From positions 66,342,001 to 66,406,000 of the forward strand of contig NC_045696.1 in NCBI RefSeq assembly GCF_009834535.1: a stretch of DNA of 64,000 nucleotides. Direction: 5' to 3'. The notes beneath the pieces are model-generated. The model was not told the DNA's origin and made no database searches. It saw nothing but the letters and a program-made list of their open reading frames with translations. How positions within the stretch are numbered: position 1 is the stretch's first letter; each line of letters opens with the position of its first letter. The position numbers and the translations under genes are program-made. Below are positions 11,996 through 26,086 of this stretch, one piece after another. Origin of the DNA: Camelus ferus. Taxonomy: Eukaryota.

Positions 11996-14900
11996 GATCC
12001 TGACTATGAAGGGGAAGTTGGACTACTACTCCCCAGTGGAGGTACGGTAGAGTGTGTCCAGAACACAGGAGAGCCTGTAGGGCATCTCTTAGTATTGCCA
12101 TACCCTGTGACTAAGTCAATGGCAAAGCATAACCACCTAATCTAGGCAGGACCACTAATGGCCCAGACCCTTTGGAAATGAAGGTTTGGGTCACCCTGCT
12201 ACATAAAGAACCATGACCAGCTGAGGTGCTTGCTGAAGGCAAAGGAAATACAGAATGGGTAGTAGAAGAAGGTAGTTATGAGTAACAGCTATGATCATGT
12301 GACTAGCATTAAAAACAAGGAGTCGTGAGTATTTCCTCCTAATTTTGTTATAAGTTTTGTGTGTATTTATACATATATTAAGTAAATAGCTTTATTTTGT
12401 TTCCTCCTCCTGAGAAGAGACTAGTAAATTTTCAGTTGTATGCAGGATAGTTGTTATCATGTAAGGTGAAATTATAACTTTGTTTTTGTTTTTATTTGGA
12501 GATTTAAGTAAGGTTTAGGAAGATACATAAAGGAAGGAGGCCGGATGGTGTAGTAGGGGACACACAGCCAACCTCCCCCAAGGAACACATCAAAACATAT
12601 TTACATGCAGAGCAATTCTCACTGAAGACAAACTGAGGACTGTCAGAAAGACTCTTACATGATGAAGGCTGTAAGAAAGATCCACACAGAGCTGAGTAGG
12701 AAGGGAAGAGAAGTGATTATGTTGGGACCTGTGCCCCTAGGAGGGGACACAGAAGATAATAGGAATTACATGGGATCAGAGATCTTCCCTGGGGAGTGAG
12801 CAGTTTGAACTATATATGTTGTCCCTGAGGTCTGGGACCCGAAGCCCCTTCATTTGATCACAAACTGGTGGACTGACAGTGGGATAGCAAGAAGCCTAGG
12901 CTCGACTTGTGAGGAGCACACACACACAAACTTGCTTATTCCTGAAACAGGACAGAGGAAGCAGATTGAAACTGCCCTGGTCTAGCTGGTTTCCTGCAAC
13001 CATCCCAGCACATGCCCCAGCCAGAGACAAGTGCCCTTGTGCTCCAGCAGCTTGGGACCTGATCCCATCCCCAATAAGGCAGTACTGATCACTGAGCAGG
13101 GAAGAAGCCCCAGCTCCCACCTGGCTCTCGCTCTAGCCCCTCCATTGCCAACTTCACCTCCCACCAAGGTGATAGCTGGTAGCGCAGCTTGAGGGAAGGC
13201 ATGACTTATGTTCACTTCAGACCCAGCTCTCCCACCAAAGTCTGTACATGCAGACTCTATGGAGATGATCCCACACAAAGATGCCACTTCCCAGACTGGG
13301 ATGCATAACTTATTCACCTAATTTCAAGAGATAAATAAAGTCAAGCAAAATGAGAAGATGGAGGAATTTGTTTCAAATGAAATAACAAGAAAAAAACCTG
13401 AAAAAAATAGCTAATAAAAGAGAGAGAAATAATTTACCAGATAGAGTTCAAAGCCTCAGTACTAAGAATGCTAACTGAACTTGGGGAAAAGAACAGAAGA
13501 ACACAGTGAGAATTTTAACAAGGAACTAGAAAATATTAAAAGGAACTGGTCAAAATTGAAGAATACAATAACTAAAATGAAAAACACACTGGAAGGAGTT
13601 AACAGCAGACTAGATGATGAAGAAGAATGTATAAGTGATCTGAAAAATAGAATAATGGAAATCACACAATCAGAACAACAAGAAGAAAAACAAATTTAAA
13701 AAGAGGGCAACAGTTTAAGGAACCCCTGGGACAACATTAAGCATCAGTATTTGCAATATGGGGGTCCCAGAAGGAGAAGAAAGAGAAAGATGGATCAAAA
13801 ATATATTTAATGAAATTATGGCTAAAGACTTCCTGAAGAAGGAAATAGATATTCAGGTACAGGAAGAACAGAGGGTCCCAAATGAGATGAATCCAAGGAG
13901 ACCTGCATCAAGAATTATCATAATTAAAATGGCAAAAGTTAAAGATAAAGAGAATTCTAAAGGTAGCAAGAGAAAAACAAAGAATGGCATACAGCGGAAA
14001 CCCCATAAGGTTACGAGCTGAATTTCTACAGAAACTTTGCAGGCCAGAAGGGAGTGGCATGATGTATTTAAAGTGCTAAAAGATTTAAAACCTACAATCT
14101 ATGATACCATACCTAGCAAGATTATCATTCAGAATTGAAGGAGAAGGAAAACAAAAACAAAAACAAAAACAAAAACAAAAAACTCTTGCCACTTCTATTT
14201 AACATAGTATTGTGTGTTCTAACCACACCAATCAGACGAAAAAAGAAAGAAAGAAAGGTCATCCAAAATGGGAAGGAAGAGGTAAAACTGTCATTATTTA
14301 CAGATGGCATGATACTATATATAGAAAACCCTAAAATCTCTACCAAAAACTATTAGAAATAAACAAATTCAGTAAAGTTGCTAAATATAAGATTAATATA
14401 TACAAACCTTTGCTTTTCTGTACACTAATAGTGAACTACCAGAAAGAGAAAGGAAGAAAACAATCCTGTTTAAAATTGTATCAAAAAGGATAAAATACCT
14501 AGAAATAAACTTAACCAAGGGGGTGAAAGGCTTATATACTCTGAAAATTACAAAATGTTGATGAAGGAAACTGAAGATGATACAAATGGAAAGATATCTT
14601 GGGCTCTTAGATTGGAAGAATATTGGTAGAATTTCCATATTACCTTAAGCAATCTAAATATTTAAGGCAATCCCAACCCATAACATTTTTCACAGACCTA
14701 GAACAAATAATCCTAAAATTTATCTGGAACCAGAAAAGACCCAGGATAGTCAAACCAATCCTGAGAAAAAAGAACAAAGCTGAGGGTATCATGTTCCTTG
14801 ACTTTAGACTACATTGCAAAGCTAAGTTATCAAAACAGTATAGTACTGACCCAAAAATAGACACTCTGATCAATGGAACAGAATGGAGTTCCCAAAAATA

Positions 14901-15847
14901 AACACATGCATTTATGGTCAATTAATCTATGACAAAGGAAGTAAGAATATACAATAGAGAAAAGATAGCCTCTTCAATAAGTGGTGCTGGGAAAACAGGA
15001 CAGCTACATATAAAAAAAATGCAATTAGAATATTTTCTCACACCTTGCACAAAAGTAAACTCAAAATGGGCTAAAAACCTAAATGTAAGACTGAAAGCCA
15101 TAAAACTCCTAGAAGAACACTCTTTGACATAAATTGTAGCAATATTTTTGTATGTCTCCTCAAGCAAAAGGAAAAAAAAGAAAAAAATAAACAAATGGGA
15201 CCCCAATTAAACTTAAGTTTTTGCACAGCAAAGAAAACCATCAGCAAAAAGAAAAGACAACCTACTGAATGGGAGAAAATATTTGCAAATGATATAACCA
15301 AAACAATATCCAAAATATATGAACAGCTCATATAACTCAAGATCAGAAAAAAAAAAAAAACAATCAAAAAATGGGGAAAATACCTGAATAGACATTTTTT
15401 TTCAAAGAAGCCATTCAGATGGCCAACAGGCACACGAATAAATGCTCCACATCGCTAATAATCAGAGAAATGCAAATCAAAACCACAATAAGATACCACA
15501 CCACACCTTTCAGAATGACTATCATCAAAAAGACTACAAATAAGAAAACGTTGGTGAGGATATGGAGAAAAGGGAACTCTAGTACACCATTGGTAGGAAT
15601 GTAAATTGGTATAGCCACTATGGAAAACAGTAAGGAGGCTCCTCAAAAAATTAAAAATAGAACTGCCATGTCATCCAGCAATTCCATTCCATTCTTGTAT
15701 CCCAAGAAAACAAAAACACTAATTCAAAAAGACACATGCACCCCAATGTTCATAACAGAACTATTTACAATAGCAAAGATATGGAAGCATCCTAAGTGTC
15801 CATCAACAGATGAATGGATAAAGAAGTTGTGATACACACACAGACAG

Positions 15848-15912
<65 letters not shown>

Positions 15913-16866
15913 GGAAGATTACTCAGCCATACAAAAGAATACATTTTGCAATTTCCAACAACATGCATGGATTGGAGGATATTATGCTTAGTGAAATAAG
16001 TCAGACAGAGAAATACAAATATGGTATGTGAAATCTAAAGAAGTAAAATGAATGACTATGACAAGAGAGAAACAGATTCACATATATAGAGAACAATCTA
16101 GTGGCTATCAGTGGGGAGAGGTAAGGTGGGAGGGGCAAGATATGGGTAGGGATTAAGAGGTAGAAACTATGTATAAAATAAATAAGCTACCAGGATATAT
16201 TGTACAGAACAGACTCTACAGCCAAAATTTTATAATAACCTTAAATGGAGTATAAACTATAAAAATACTGAATCACTATGTTGTACACCTAAAACTAATA
16301 TAATATTTTAAATCAACTATACTTCAATAAAAATACAAAATAAAATTTAAAACTAAAAAAAAATGTGCTTAAATGCCAAGTTGACAAGAGTGGACTTGTG
16401 ATGGTTAACTTTATGTGTCAACTTGACAAATACCTGTAAAATAACATTTATGAATGTGTCTGTGAGGTTGTGTTTGAAGCAATTAGCATTTGAATCAGTA
16501 GGTTGAGTAAAGGAGATCTCCCTCACACATGCAGGCCATCATCATCCAATATACACAGGGCCCAAGAAGAACAGAAGGGCCTTAAAGGAAGGGTGAATTT
16601 GCTCTTTGCCTGAGACAGGAAACCCATCTTCTCCTGCTCTCAGACACTGGTGCTTCTGGTTTTTTGGTCTTTAGATTTGGACTGAATGACACTGTCAGCT
16701 TTTCTGGGTCTCCATCTTGCAGATGGCAGATGGTAGGACGTCTTAACCTCCATAATCATGTGAGCCAAGTCCCATCATCAATATATATATAATTTTATTT
16801 ATATTTACAAAATATAAATGTATTTTATATATTATTGGTTCTGCTTCTCCAAGGAATGCTAATACA
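11996..16866 (+). mobile_element. MLT2/ERVL fragment: dUTPase 3' part, PPT and complete 3' LTR (16397-16866), interrupted by L1
   Basis: Peptide DPDYEGEVGLLL...GHLLVLPYPV (ERVL dUTPase region); ccaagttgacaagagtggact then TGTGATGGTTAACTTTATGTGTCAACTTGAC (MLT2 start); ends tattggttctg...ctaataca. Confidence 0.88.
12530..16363 (+). mobile_element. LINE-1 with 5'UTR, ORF1, internally deleted ORF2 and 3'UTR/A tail (inactive)
   Basis: ORF1 from ATG ~13350 (ENFNKELENIK coiled coil; GVPEGEERE); ORF2 RT motifs PLLFNIVL and [12 protein letters not shown]-terminal CTPMFI...IAKIWKHPKCPSTDEWIKK; (CA)n at ~15834-15910; A-rich tail. Confidence 0.95.
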
Positions 16867-19800
16867 GCACGCCCAGAAGCATTCCAGCAGCTGCCCCATC
16901 TTGAATGGTGTTCTCTGCTGCCGATGGTTATGCCCTTGTTTCAAAATCTCAGGTTCCTGTTTGAAACTCTTCTGTTGGAGCTCGCCAGGGACTCCATACA
17001 CATCTTTTTCTCCTACAAATAATTCATGCACCATTATAGGCTCTTCTGAATCACATGACCCAAGTGGTAGGACTGCTTATACCATATCTTCTACATGCCC
17101 TTTCTTGCCCACGGCCCCTACTGAAACCTGGCAGCTTTCCACAACACTTGCTAAATCATTCAGTGCTGTTTTCCCAAGTGTGGTATTTGCTGCACATTGC
17201 TTCTTCTTTAATGGTAGGATGCACAAGGTACAATAATTTCTGCTTTACCAGTGCCCCAACATTGGCTCCCTAAAAGGGTCACAGATATGACAAGCCGCTG
17301 GATCTTTGTATGGCTTATCTCTCCCACTCTCTGAAGCTCACGTGTCTTATCATGGTATCCAGAGTCACCTAAGCTATGAATTCAACCTTCTCTGAAGTTC
17401 TGCTGTTCTTACTATTAAGTCCTGTGCCTGGTCACCAGCTCAATATGCCCTCCAGCTGTAGGTGATAAGGATCTCTCTAAAGACCACCAAGGAGGACCTC
17501 TGACTTTCACACTTAGTTTTAAATAGATGATTAGTTATTTTTCTCTCCTGAATGCACCAGCAGGCACTCACCAGTAGCCACCCAACTTCATGTTCCTTAA
17601 TTTTATTATTTTCCCTGTATCTCTCAAATGCCAGAGATCCTGCAAAAGCTAATGCATCACCATCATCTTAGCAATGGTGCTGCTACAACATCCAAGGAAC
17701 TATCCAACATCACTAAAGGGTCTTCATTGCCATCCGGCTGATGTCTGATCCAACTCTAAACTTAAATCTTTAGAGTTTGCTTTTGGGGATGATTTCTGGC
17801 ACCAATTATCTTAAATCAGGTTCCCTAGAAGCAGAGTCTGAGGCAGAGAATCTTATGCAAGTGATTTATTCAGGGAATGCTCTCAGGATAAACCTTTGAA
17901 GGGGTGAAGAAAACAGGATAGGGCAAGAGACAAAGCTAGACAAAGATGTGATTTCAGGAAAAACTCACCCTAAACCTGAACCCATTTAGGGTTCTGGAGT
18001 CTCAGCTGTTTACAGAGGTTGCACTATCTGTATCCAAGGGTGCTGGGCTGTTACATACTTGTATTAGTCAACCACTGATTACTGACCCCTGGTAAAATGG
18101 AGGGTTGCATAATTTCCTAGACATCTTCTGATAAGACAGCACTGACGTGCTAAGGGATCTCCCCATTATTGCTAAAATAAAAGTTGTCAGTGGTCAATAC
18201 CTGAAGCGTCTGGGAGATGAGTGTATCATCCTGGCAAACAAAATAGGGTGGGACACCAATAAGATCTGACATGCCAGTCCCACTCCCCTCCAGCTCTCTG
18301 ATTTGTTAAAGGTGTTTCTCTTTGATCAAAGTCAGAGGGCAACAGAGACCAGGGAGGCAATTGCAAAGATTCACCTCCTAGGGCACAGAGCAGGGTGGAG
18401 ACGGTTGCAGAATGAATGGAGAGGAGCACACAGAAAAGTTCCTGTGCTTCTACATAAAATCACTCAGGGTTTCCATATAACCTAAAAGATTAAGCCAAAG
18501 TCCTCAGCATGGCAGGTTCTTCATAGTCTCTCCTCCTGGCCTTCCTTGAATCTTTATACTTCATGGCTATTTACCTGATGTAGCATATGCTCTGGCCAAA
18601 ATGTCTCAGACTTTTACTTCTGAAATACTTTTCTTCTTGCCTGGTATTCCCCTTCCCAATATCATTACAGCTTCCTCCCACCCTACCAAAACTTCCTCCT
18701 ACTGTGCCAAACACACACACACAGCTTTATCCTAACAACAATCATTCAACTCTATTTCTTTGTAAGTCCATCTCTCAAATAGATCTTGAATTCCTTGAGA
18801 AGAAGAATAGCTTTGCTCTTGCATTGCTTTGGCACAGAGTAGCAATGAGTGAATGAATGGAAGAAATAATGAATGACTCAGTCATATCCCTCAAAGTTCA
18901 GTTTTAAGTAACATCTTTCTCATGCCAACTCTGTCCTCTCCTTCCTGTCTCCAATTTTAGATGTCCCTTCACTCTTTACCTACATTTTTCATAGAGCTTA
19001 CCAAAGGGCATCACAATGGTTTGGTCAGATGCCTGTCACCGGCACTAAAATATGAGCTTTTCGTCATTATATTTCCAGTGCCTGGCAAATAATAGCTCCA
19101 TGAAGAATGTGACAGATAGATAAATGATTGAATGAGTGAATGACTGTAATAGACAGTGACAAACCATATCATTTCCAGGAGAGGGAGCATATTTTCCTTT
19201 TTTCAGAATCAGAGGAAGGATTGTAAATTACAATGGGATTTTAATAAGTGTGGCATGTTCAATAGGCTGCACAGTATTTGACAGAATATCATAGACAGAT
19301 GATAGATTTATATAGAGAGAGTATTATACTTAGAGTAGTTTTATCTGATTAGTTCTCACTTCCAATAAGGGAACATTTCCAATGTATGGTATAAGCAATT
19401 TTATATATAGTTTTTGAGTAAGGATACATTTAAGTTACAGTGTTTTAAGGTACCCAACACTGCTAACTTGTTAATATATTTAGAGTTTCATCCCCCCAAA
19501 GATTTCTAAGACTCTGTTTAATGTTTAGAACAACACCATTTAGACAAAATAGTCGTAAAGCACCTTGATCTGAAAGTTGTGGCTCTTCAGCCACAGTTCT
19601 GAAACCCAAGATTTATTTCATTCAAAAAGCTTCTCTTGCAGAATCTTTCGGAGAAGAAGCCTTTATCTCATTCTTTGGGGTGCTCTTTTAGTGAGCTGCT
19701 GCATACCACACACATTGAGTCTACAGCACGGAGTCTCAGCTGTTCGTGAACTTTGTTGAGTGCAAAGGTTTATTTGCATAAAGTCTGATAGCTTTTGACA

Positions 19801-20651
19801 GAACTATAGCAATTCTAATAGCGAAAAGAGTCATCTGTTTTTCTAGACACCTGATTAAAATAAAGAAAAGAGATGAAAAGATGTTTAAACATGTTTCAGA
19901 CTAATAATGTCAAGTCTAATCCAACTGGAAATATAAGTATTCTCTTGGTGTTCCACCTTCTAATCTTGGTCCTTAGTAAAGCAAACTATACGTATCCACA
20001 ATTCACAGGCTCATTTTCCCTATTTTTACCCAGCTTCTTCTTCAGTCATAGTATATTTTATCAGTAAAAAATAAAAGCGTGTTCTGTTATCTCCGATTAA
20101 ATCGTCTCTGTTCAGTTTTCTTGTACCTACGGTTTTGTTTTATTTTGAAGATTAGGGAGCAAATTTACATGACTCAATGATGTGCTTTTTTTCGATCTTA
20201 TCATTCCTTCTACCTTAACACATAAAGGAAAATTTTAGGAGTTGGAAGTAACCATAGAGATAGTTGTATCTGGTCTTCTTTTTTTATCCATGTGAAAAAC
20301 TTCAGTCTAGAGACACTGCACAGGTGGGTAGGTGGCTATGCTAGGACAAGAAACCCATTTTCCTGATTAATATTCTCTGCATCTCCATTCATCCCATACT
20401 ACTATTAAGGTGCTATTAATGCCTCTATTCACTCACTCATTCATGAGTTCGTACACGTAAGCTCTTAGAATCTTAGACCTTAGTGTCTGGTGCATATAAC
20501 ATCTAGTAATATCTTATTTTCCTTATAATTAACTACTATTTAATTAAATTATTTCATTACATGTAATTAGAATTTTCATTAAATTATCTTTAATATATTT
20601 ACGTTGCCTCTCTTCAAGGAAAATCACTGTACTTTATAAAACACTTACTCA

Positions 20652-21187
20652 CCAAGGTAGGTAGAACAAAAGTCCCTCCCAAAGATGTCTGTGCCTTCAT
20701 GCCCCAAATCTGGGAACACGTCACATTACATGGCAAAGGCAGAATCACGGCTGCAGATGGAATTAAGTTTGCTAATCAACTGACCTTGAGTTGTGGAGAT
20801 TATTTTGGATTATCCTGATGAGACCAATGTTATCATAAAATCCTTATAAGTACAAGAGGGAGGTTAAAAATTAAAAAAAGAGAGAGAGAAGAGAGTTAGC
20901 AATGAGAAAAGTACTTAGCCAAAGTTGCTGACTTTGAAGATGGAGGGAGAGAGCCAAAAGCCAAGGACGTGTCTGAATGCAGCCAAGAATGCAGATGGCG
21001 TCTAGAATCTGGGAAGAAAAGGAATGAAGCCTTCAGAAAGGTAGGAAGCCCTGAGAGCAACTTAATTTGAGCCCAGTGAGACCCATTTCAGTCCTCTGAA
21101 CTACAGAGCTGCAGGATAATAAAGGTATTGTTTTAAGTCATTAAATTAGTGGTAATTTGTTACCAGACCTCTAAGCCCCAAATATAC
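20652..21187 (+). mobile_element. MaLR solo LTR (MLT1D-like)
   Basis: cccaaagatgtc...ttacatggcaaagg...gcagatggaattaag...ctgaccttgag...gtggtaatttgttac. Confidence 0.8.
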
Positions 21188-21319
21188 TCATTTTAGAGGG
21201 ATATAAAAAAAATTAATGTAGAACTTGTGCATTTGGCCAAATCAATGGTAGGACTGCAACCAGAACGCACCAGCACAGTGCCAAACAATAGAAGAGTCTA
21301 AGATGATGGAACGTCCCAC

Positions 21320-21460
21320 AGCTGTATTGTCCAGAGGGTCGCCATTCACTACACTGAGCTCTTGAAATGTGGCAAGTACACCAGAGAAACTGAAGTTTTC
21401 ATTTTATTTAAAATTTAAATAGCCACCTGTGGCTGGTGGCTAACAAACTGGCCAGCACAG
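21320..21460. mobile_element. MER3-like hAT-Charlie MITE
   Basis: cttgaaatgtggc...ttttatttaaaatttaaatagccacctgtggctggtggcta...cagcacag. Confidence 0.7.
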
Positions 21461-22309
21461 TTAGTGTCTGGATTATGATTAAACGCTTCTCCCTTATCCT
21501 GCCAAGGGACTGAAAGACAGTTCTCACAGAATAATAATGTAACAAGTCAGAAACAAGTCTTTGCCTGCTGTAAGTACTGGAGCTGCTGTGTTTAGTAAAT
21601 TATATACTCAGTAAATATTTAATGAAGCTCGTGGGAATGTGGTGGCCGCTGCCATGACTATCAGGAGGAAGAGGAAGACAGTTACTGGGAGGAAGATAAC
21701 AACTTTCTGCAGCCAAATTCCAGCAGGCTTGGCCTCTGCTGCAGTAAGGCCAGAGGTTTCCAACCAACAAACTGCTCACATTCGGTGGCCCTGACCCCAC
21801 ACGCATCTGATATTACAGGGCAGAGTAACAGAAAATCAGTTTCAAATTCATTCGTAACTGTAGGACTTTTGCAATGTCGTGTTCTTTGTCCTCTTTGAAT
21901 TTCTCCTGTTTACTCACTGATCCTGGTTCCACCTGGTTTAACCTCTACCTTGTGCAACTTTCATAGAATAACTTTGTCTTTTCTAAGGTTTTCTCAAGTG
22001 GGGCAAAAAAAAAAAAAAAAAGGGTTGGGAGAGAGGACCTAAACAGTGGCAAGTTTTATTCTGAGACTTTAGTTTTTAATTGGAAGGTAAAAAGTGCATA
22101 CACATACGTGTCTTTGGAAAAGTAATTTCATTTAGTCTTGATTATTTTTCAGTGGGTTATGGAATTTTAGTTATGAATTTATCCTTCATTTTATGACATA
22201 ATGAAGCGTCTTCTCCTGTTGCAAAATTTTCTCACCTCTACCCAACTCTCCATTCTCACTGTTAAGCACTGGCTCAGATCCTGATTGTCTTCCTATAGTA
22301 CCAGTTATA

Positions 22310-22540
22310 ATAAGAGATAAGACTTACCGAGCAGTTAATATGTGCCAGCCCCTTCTCTAATAACCCTCTCCTTACCACACCACTCAGTGATGATGGTGAC
22401 ACTGGTATCCTTATTTTGCAGATGCAGAAATGAGCATCCAAAGGATAATAACTAACTACCCTATGTTACCCAGCTAGCAACTGGCAAAGGAAACGCAGCA
22501 AATCTGGAAGGAGAACCCCTGCTCTTAGCCATTTTTTGCC
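22310..22540 (-). mobile_element. MIR SINE
   Basis: tatgtgccag...ttattttgcagatgcagaaa...gttacccagctag...gctcttagccat. Confidence 0.7.
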
Positions 22541-25175
22541 ACATTGACTTCAACAACTTCACAGGACACTGCCAGTGAGCATCAGTCTGAAGGCAAATCA
22601 TAATTAGTATCTTAGTATTATAAAAATAGTGTAGTCAATCTAATAATTTAACAGCTAGTTAGCTTATACCTTAGAGTAAACATTTGGCAATGAGATAATA
22701 TTTTTCCAGCAGACTAGAGGTAGTTTCAAATTTCTGTTTCTAAAAGTCTCAGGCAGAGGACCTAGAATAGTGAGCATACATTCAGACTCAATGAATGTCA
22801 GGTACTGTATTCTTGAATTGGGACATATTTATGGCCAGTGCACCTGGGATGGCACATAACACATAGTCTCACATCCTGCCGTGTATATGATTAAAGCGGG
22901 AGGGCAGGGAGTTGAAGTCTCTGGCTTACAGTATTTCAATATTCCCTTAATACTATTTCTATAGTCCCTTAATTTGACAGCTAACTGCTCTCCAACATAC
23001 CAGTGAGCTAACCTCTTCATAATTCTTCCCATTTTTCTCTCAGTTTGGACCCTCCAGTCCTGGCCTCCAGCATTTGCCCAGATCACAGTCACATTCTTCT
23101 AACTGGAATGCACTGTGGTACCCTACCCACAATTCATCTCCACCATCCATTCTTCACTCTTCAGAGTAATGTTGTTAAAAACATGATCAAACAAACCTGA
23201 CTCGGTCTTGCTCCTCCTTAAAACCTTTTTCATGTCTTTCTATTGCCCTCAAGAAAAAAAAAAATCCAAATTCCCAGGTAGAGCTAATCATTCATAGCTA
23301 CATATTAATTGGAAGAAAAAATCTTTAATACCCACTCTTCTTCACCAGTCCTCCCTTTCTCAAATCTTATTATTTCTCCATAATAAGCAGAGTTGCAATT
23401 TATAGTTCACAATCATGGATAATACAACTGTCCTCAAAAATCTCTTAGGAAAGAGCCATAGTAAATACTGACATACTGTGTGAATCCACAAGGCCCAGCT
23501 TCATCTCCGTCTTTGAAATGGTTAAACAGAGAGAGGGAATCAGAGTCCTGTTTCCCATCACGTGCTCTCCTTCAGGGACACAAGTAATGTCTCTGTCCTG
23601 TGTTGATGGACAAAACTACCCAGCATTTTCAAAGATTTGATCACTCTTGGCTCAGCATAAATACTTTAAATCACATAAAGGCATACAAGATTCATCTCCA
23701 CTCGTCACTGGCAGGTGCACTCTTCTCTGTCTCCAGTGCTGCTGCCTTTGACATTGGTCAGACCCTCTCACCAGCCCATTTCTATGCTAGTTCCACAGCC
23801 TTTCATTAACTGACTTCTATCTCTGCCTCCTGCAACCCAGGAAAATCTTTCTAAAACACACAAATCTGCTCAAGTTCTTGCCTAAAATTCTGGGACCACT
23901 TCTTGTTGCTTAGGGCACGATAAAGCACACGTTCCTTAGCAGAGCAAGCAAGTTCTGTCAATTCAACTACTCACTACACACACTTCCTATGTGCACATTA
24001 GCACCAAGAATCTACAGCATCCAGAGAAGTAACATAAGAGGATGAAGCAAGAATAGCAGACACTGTGGAGAAATGGGAAACCAGAGAGCCCATGGAGAGC
24101 CACACAGTATGGCCATCTCTTTTTGATCTGACTCTAGACTTTTTAGAAGGACTCATTCAATTTTTTAAAGTAAAGGCTAATTTAATTTTTGGATAATTAC
24201 TGGGCAAAATGCGTGTTTAAGCCAAATTTGAGAGGCAGCACACCAGTTTGTAACTCTGCTCTGCGTTTCAGTATAAATTCTTTCCTTTGCCTAAAATGTT
24301 CTCTCCCTTATGTAGCTGGGAATTTAGTTCAGATATTGAGTTCAACATGATGGAATGACAGCCTGCCTACCACCCTCTAATCTGTGGCCATGGAATGCTC
24401 ACTCGGTACAGCTGACAGTGATCACATACTGTCCAAGTTCTGGACTCAGCATTCCACAGACACAATCTTAGTTTTGTTTCCTTCTCACAACACTGTGAGT
24501 TGGATATATTCATTTTACGGATGGGGAAGGAGAGGCACAGAATGGTTAACTAACTTGGTTAGCATCATGTCTAATGCAGGGAGAAAGCAGTCTCATAACC
24601 CCAATTTGGTCTCATCCCAAAGACCAACATATTAACAACTATGATCTTTATCACATTGCCACTTCTTTTTGTTTTGATCTCACCACCACCACCATCACCA
24701 CAAAAACCAGGATCTCCTCGAGAGTTAAAACTGACTTTACTCACCATTGTGTCACAGTGTCTCAGACCCCTTCTCATGAAGATTAGAGATTCTTCCTCCA
24801 TCAGTGCACCCATCTGCTCGCTCAGCCATTTAATTACCCAACACTCACTGAGCACCCAGTATTCACTCTGACGTAACTGATCTGGGAACTTGTGGGCTCA
24901 GGCTGTGGATGTCCCTGTATGGGTGGTTTGGAGAGTCACCACGGAGGCAGAAGGCAAGCACATGCTCCAGGCTCGTAGAGGCCACTGCATAAGCTCTCTG
25001 CCACAGGAGCCAGATCTATTGCCCTTTACCAGCTGTGTCATTTGGGGAAAACTACTTATCTGGGCCCCAGTTTCCTCATCTGCTGTGACTGACCCCTAAC
25101 TCACTGGCTTTTCTGAGTACTGAGTTCACACAAATAAAGCTCTTAGGATCTAAATGATCAGTAAGTCTTCGTTAG

Positions 25176-26086
<911 letters not shown>

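Larger units (their letters stand above)
9496..18271 (-). mobile_element. Degraded ERVL provirus with two LTR16-like LTRs (3' LTR ~9496-9930, 5' LTR 17807-18271)
   Basis: Two homologous LTR copies (cagaagtagagc...tcttgtgcaag...atgtgatttcagga versus tagaagcagagtc...tcttatgcaag...atgtgatttcagga). Leu-type PBS-like TGGTGCCAGAAA at 17787-17804 (-). Minus-strand pol remnants: RT connection (QLLECFWA, ~16870-17260), RNase H (WMDMWEW...YVNTHQR, 11242-11478) and dUTPase-region remnants (~10050-10600). Confidence 0.85.
9215..18447 (-). mobile_element. LTR33-like ERVL LTR split into ~9215-9495 and ~18272-18447
   Basis: tattagtcagg...caggaaa...aaatggggtaat on the left and cctagggcacagagcagggtggaga on the right match the two ends of the recalled LTR33 reverse complement. 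Confidence 0.65.
9065..19145 (+). mobile_element. L2 element (outer host of the nested cluster; pieces ~9065-9210 and ~18450-19145)
   Basis: L2 text ctctacactgctgcc...tctttctaaac...tctgatc on the left continues as aaagtcctcagcatggc... on the right, ending in tgaatgagtgaatga-type tails. Confidence 0.6.

Noticed and set aside
9930..17800. Domesticated or intact ERV/L1 protein genes
   Set aside because: All gag/pol/dUTPase and ORF1/ORF2 remnants are broken by stops, frameshifts and deletions.
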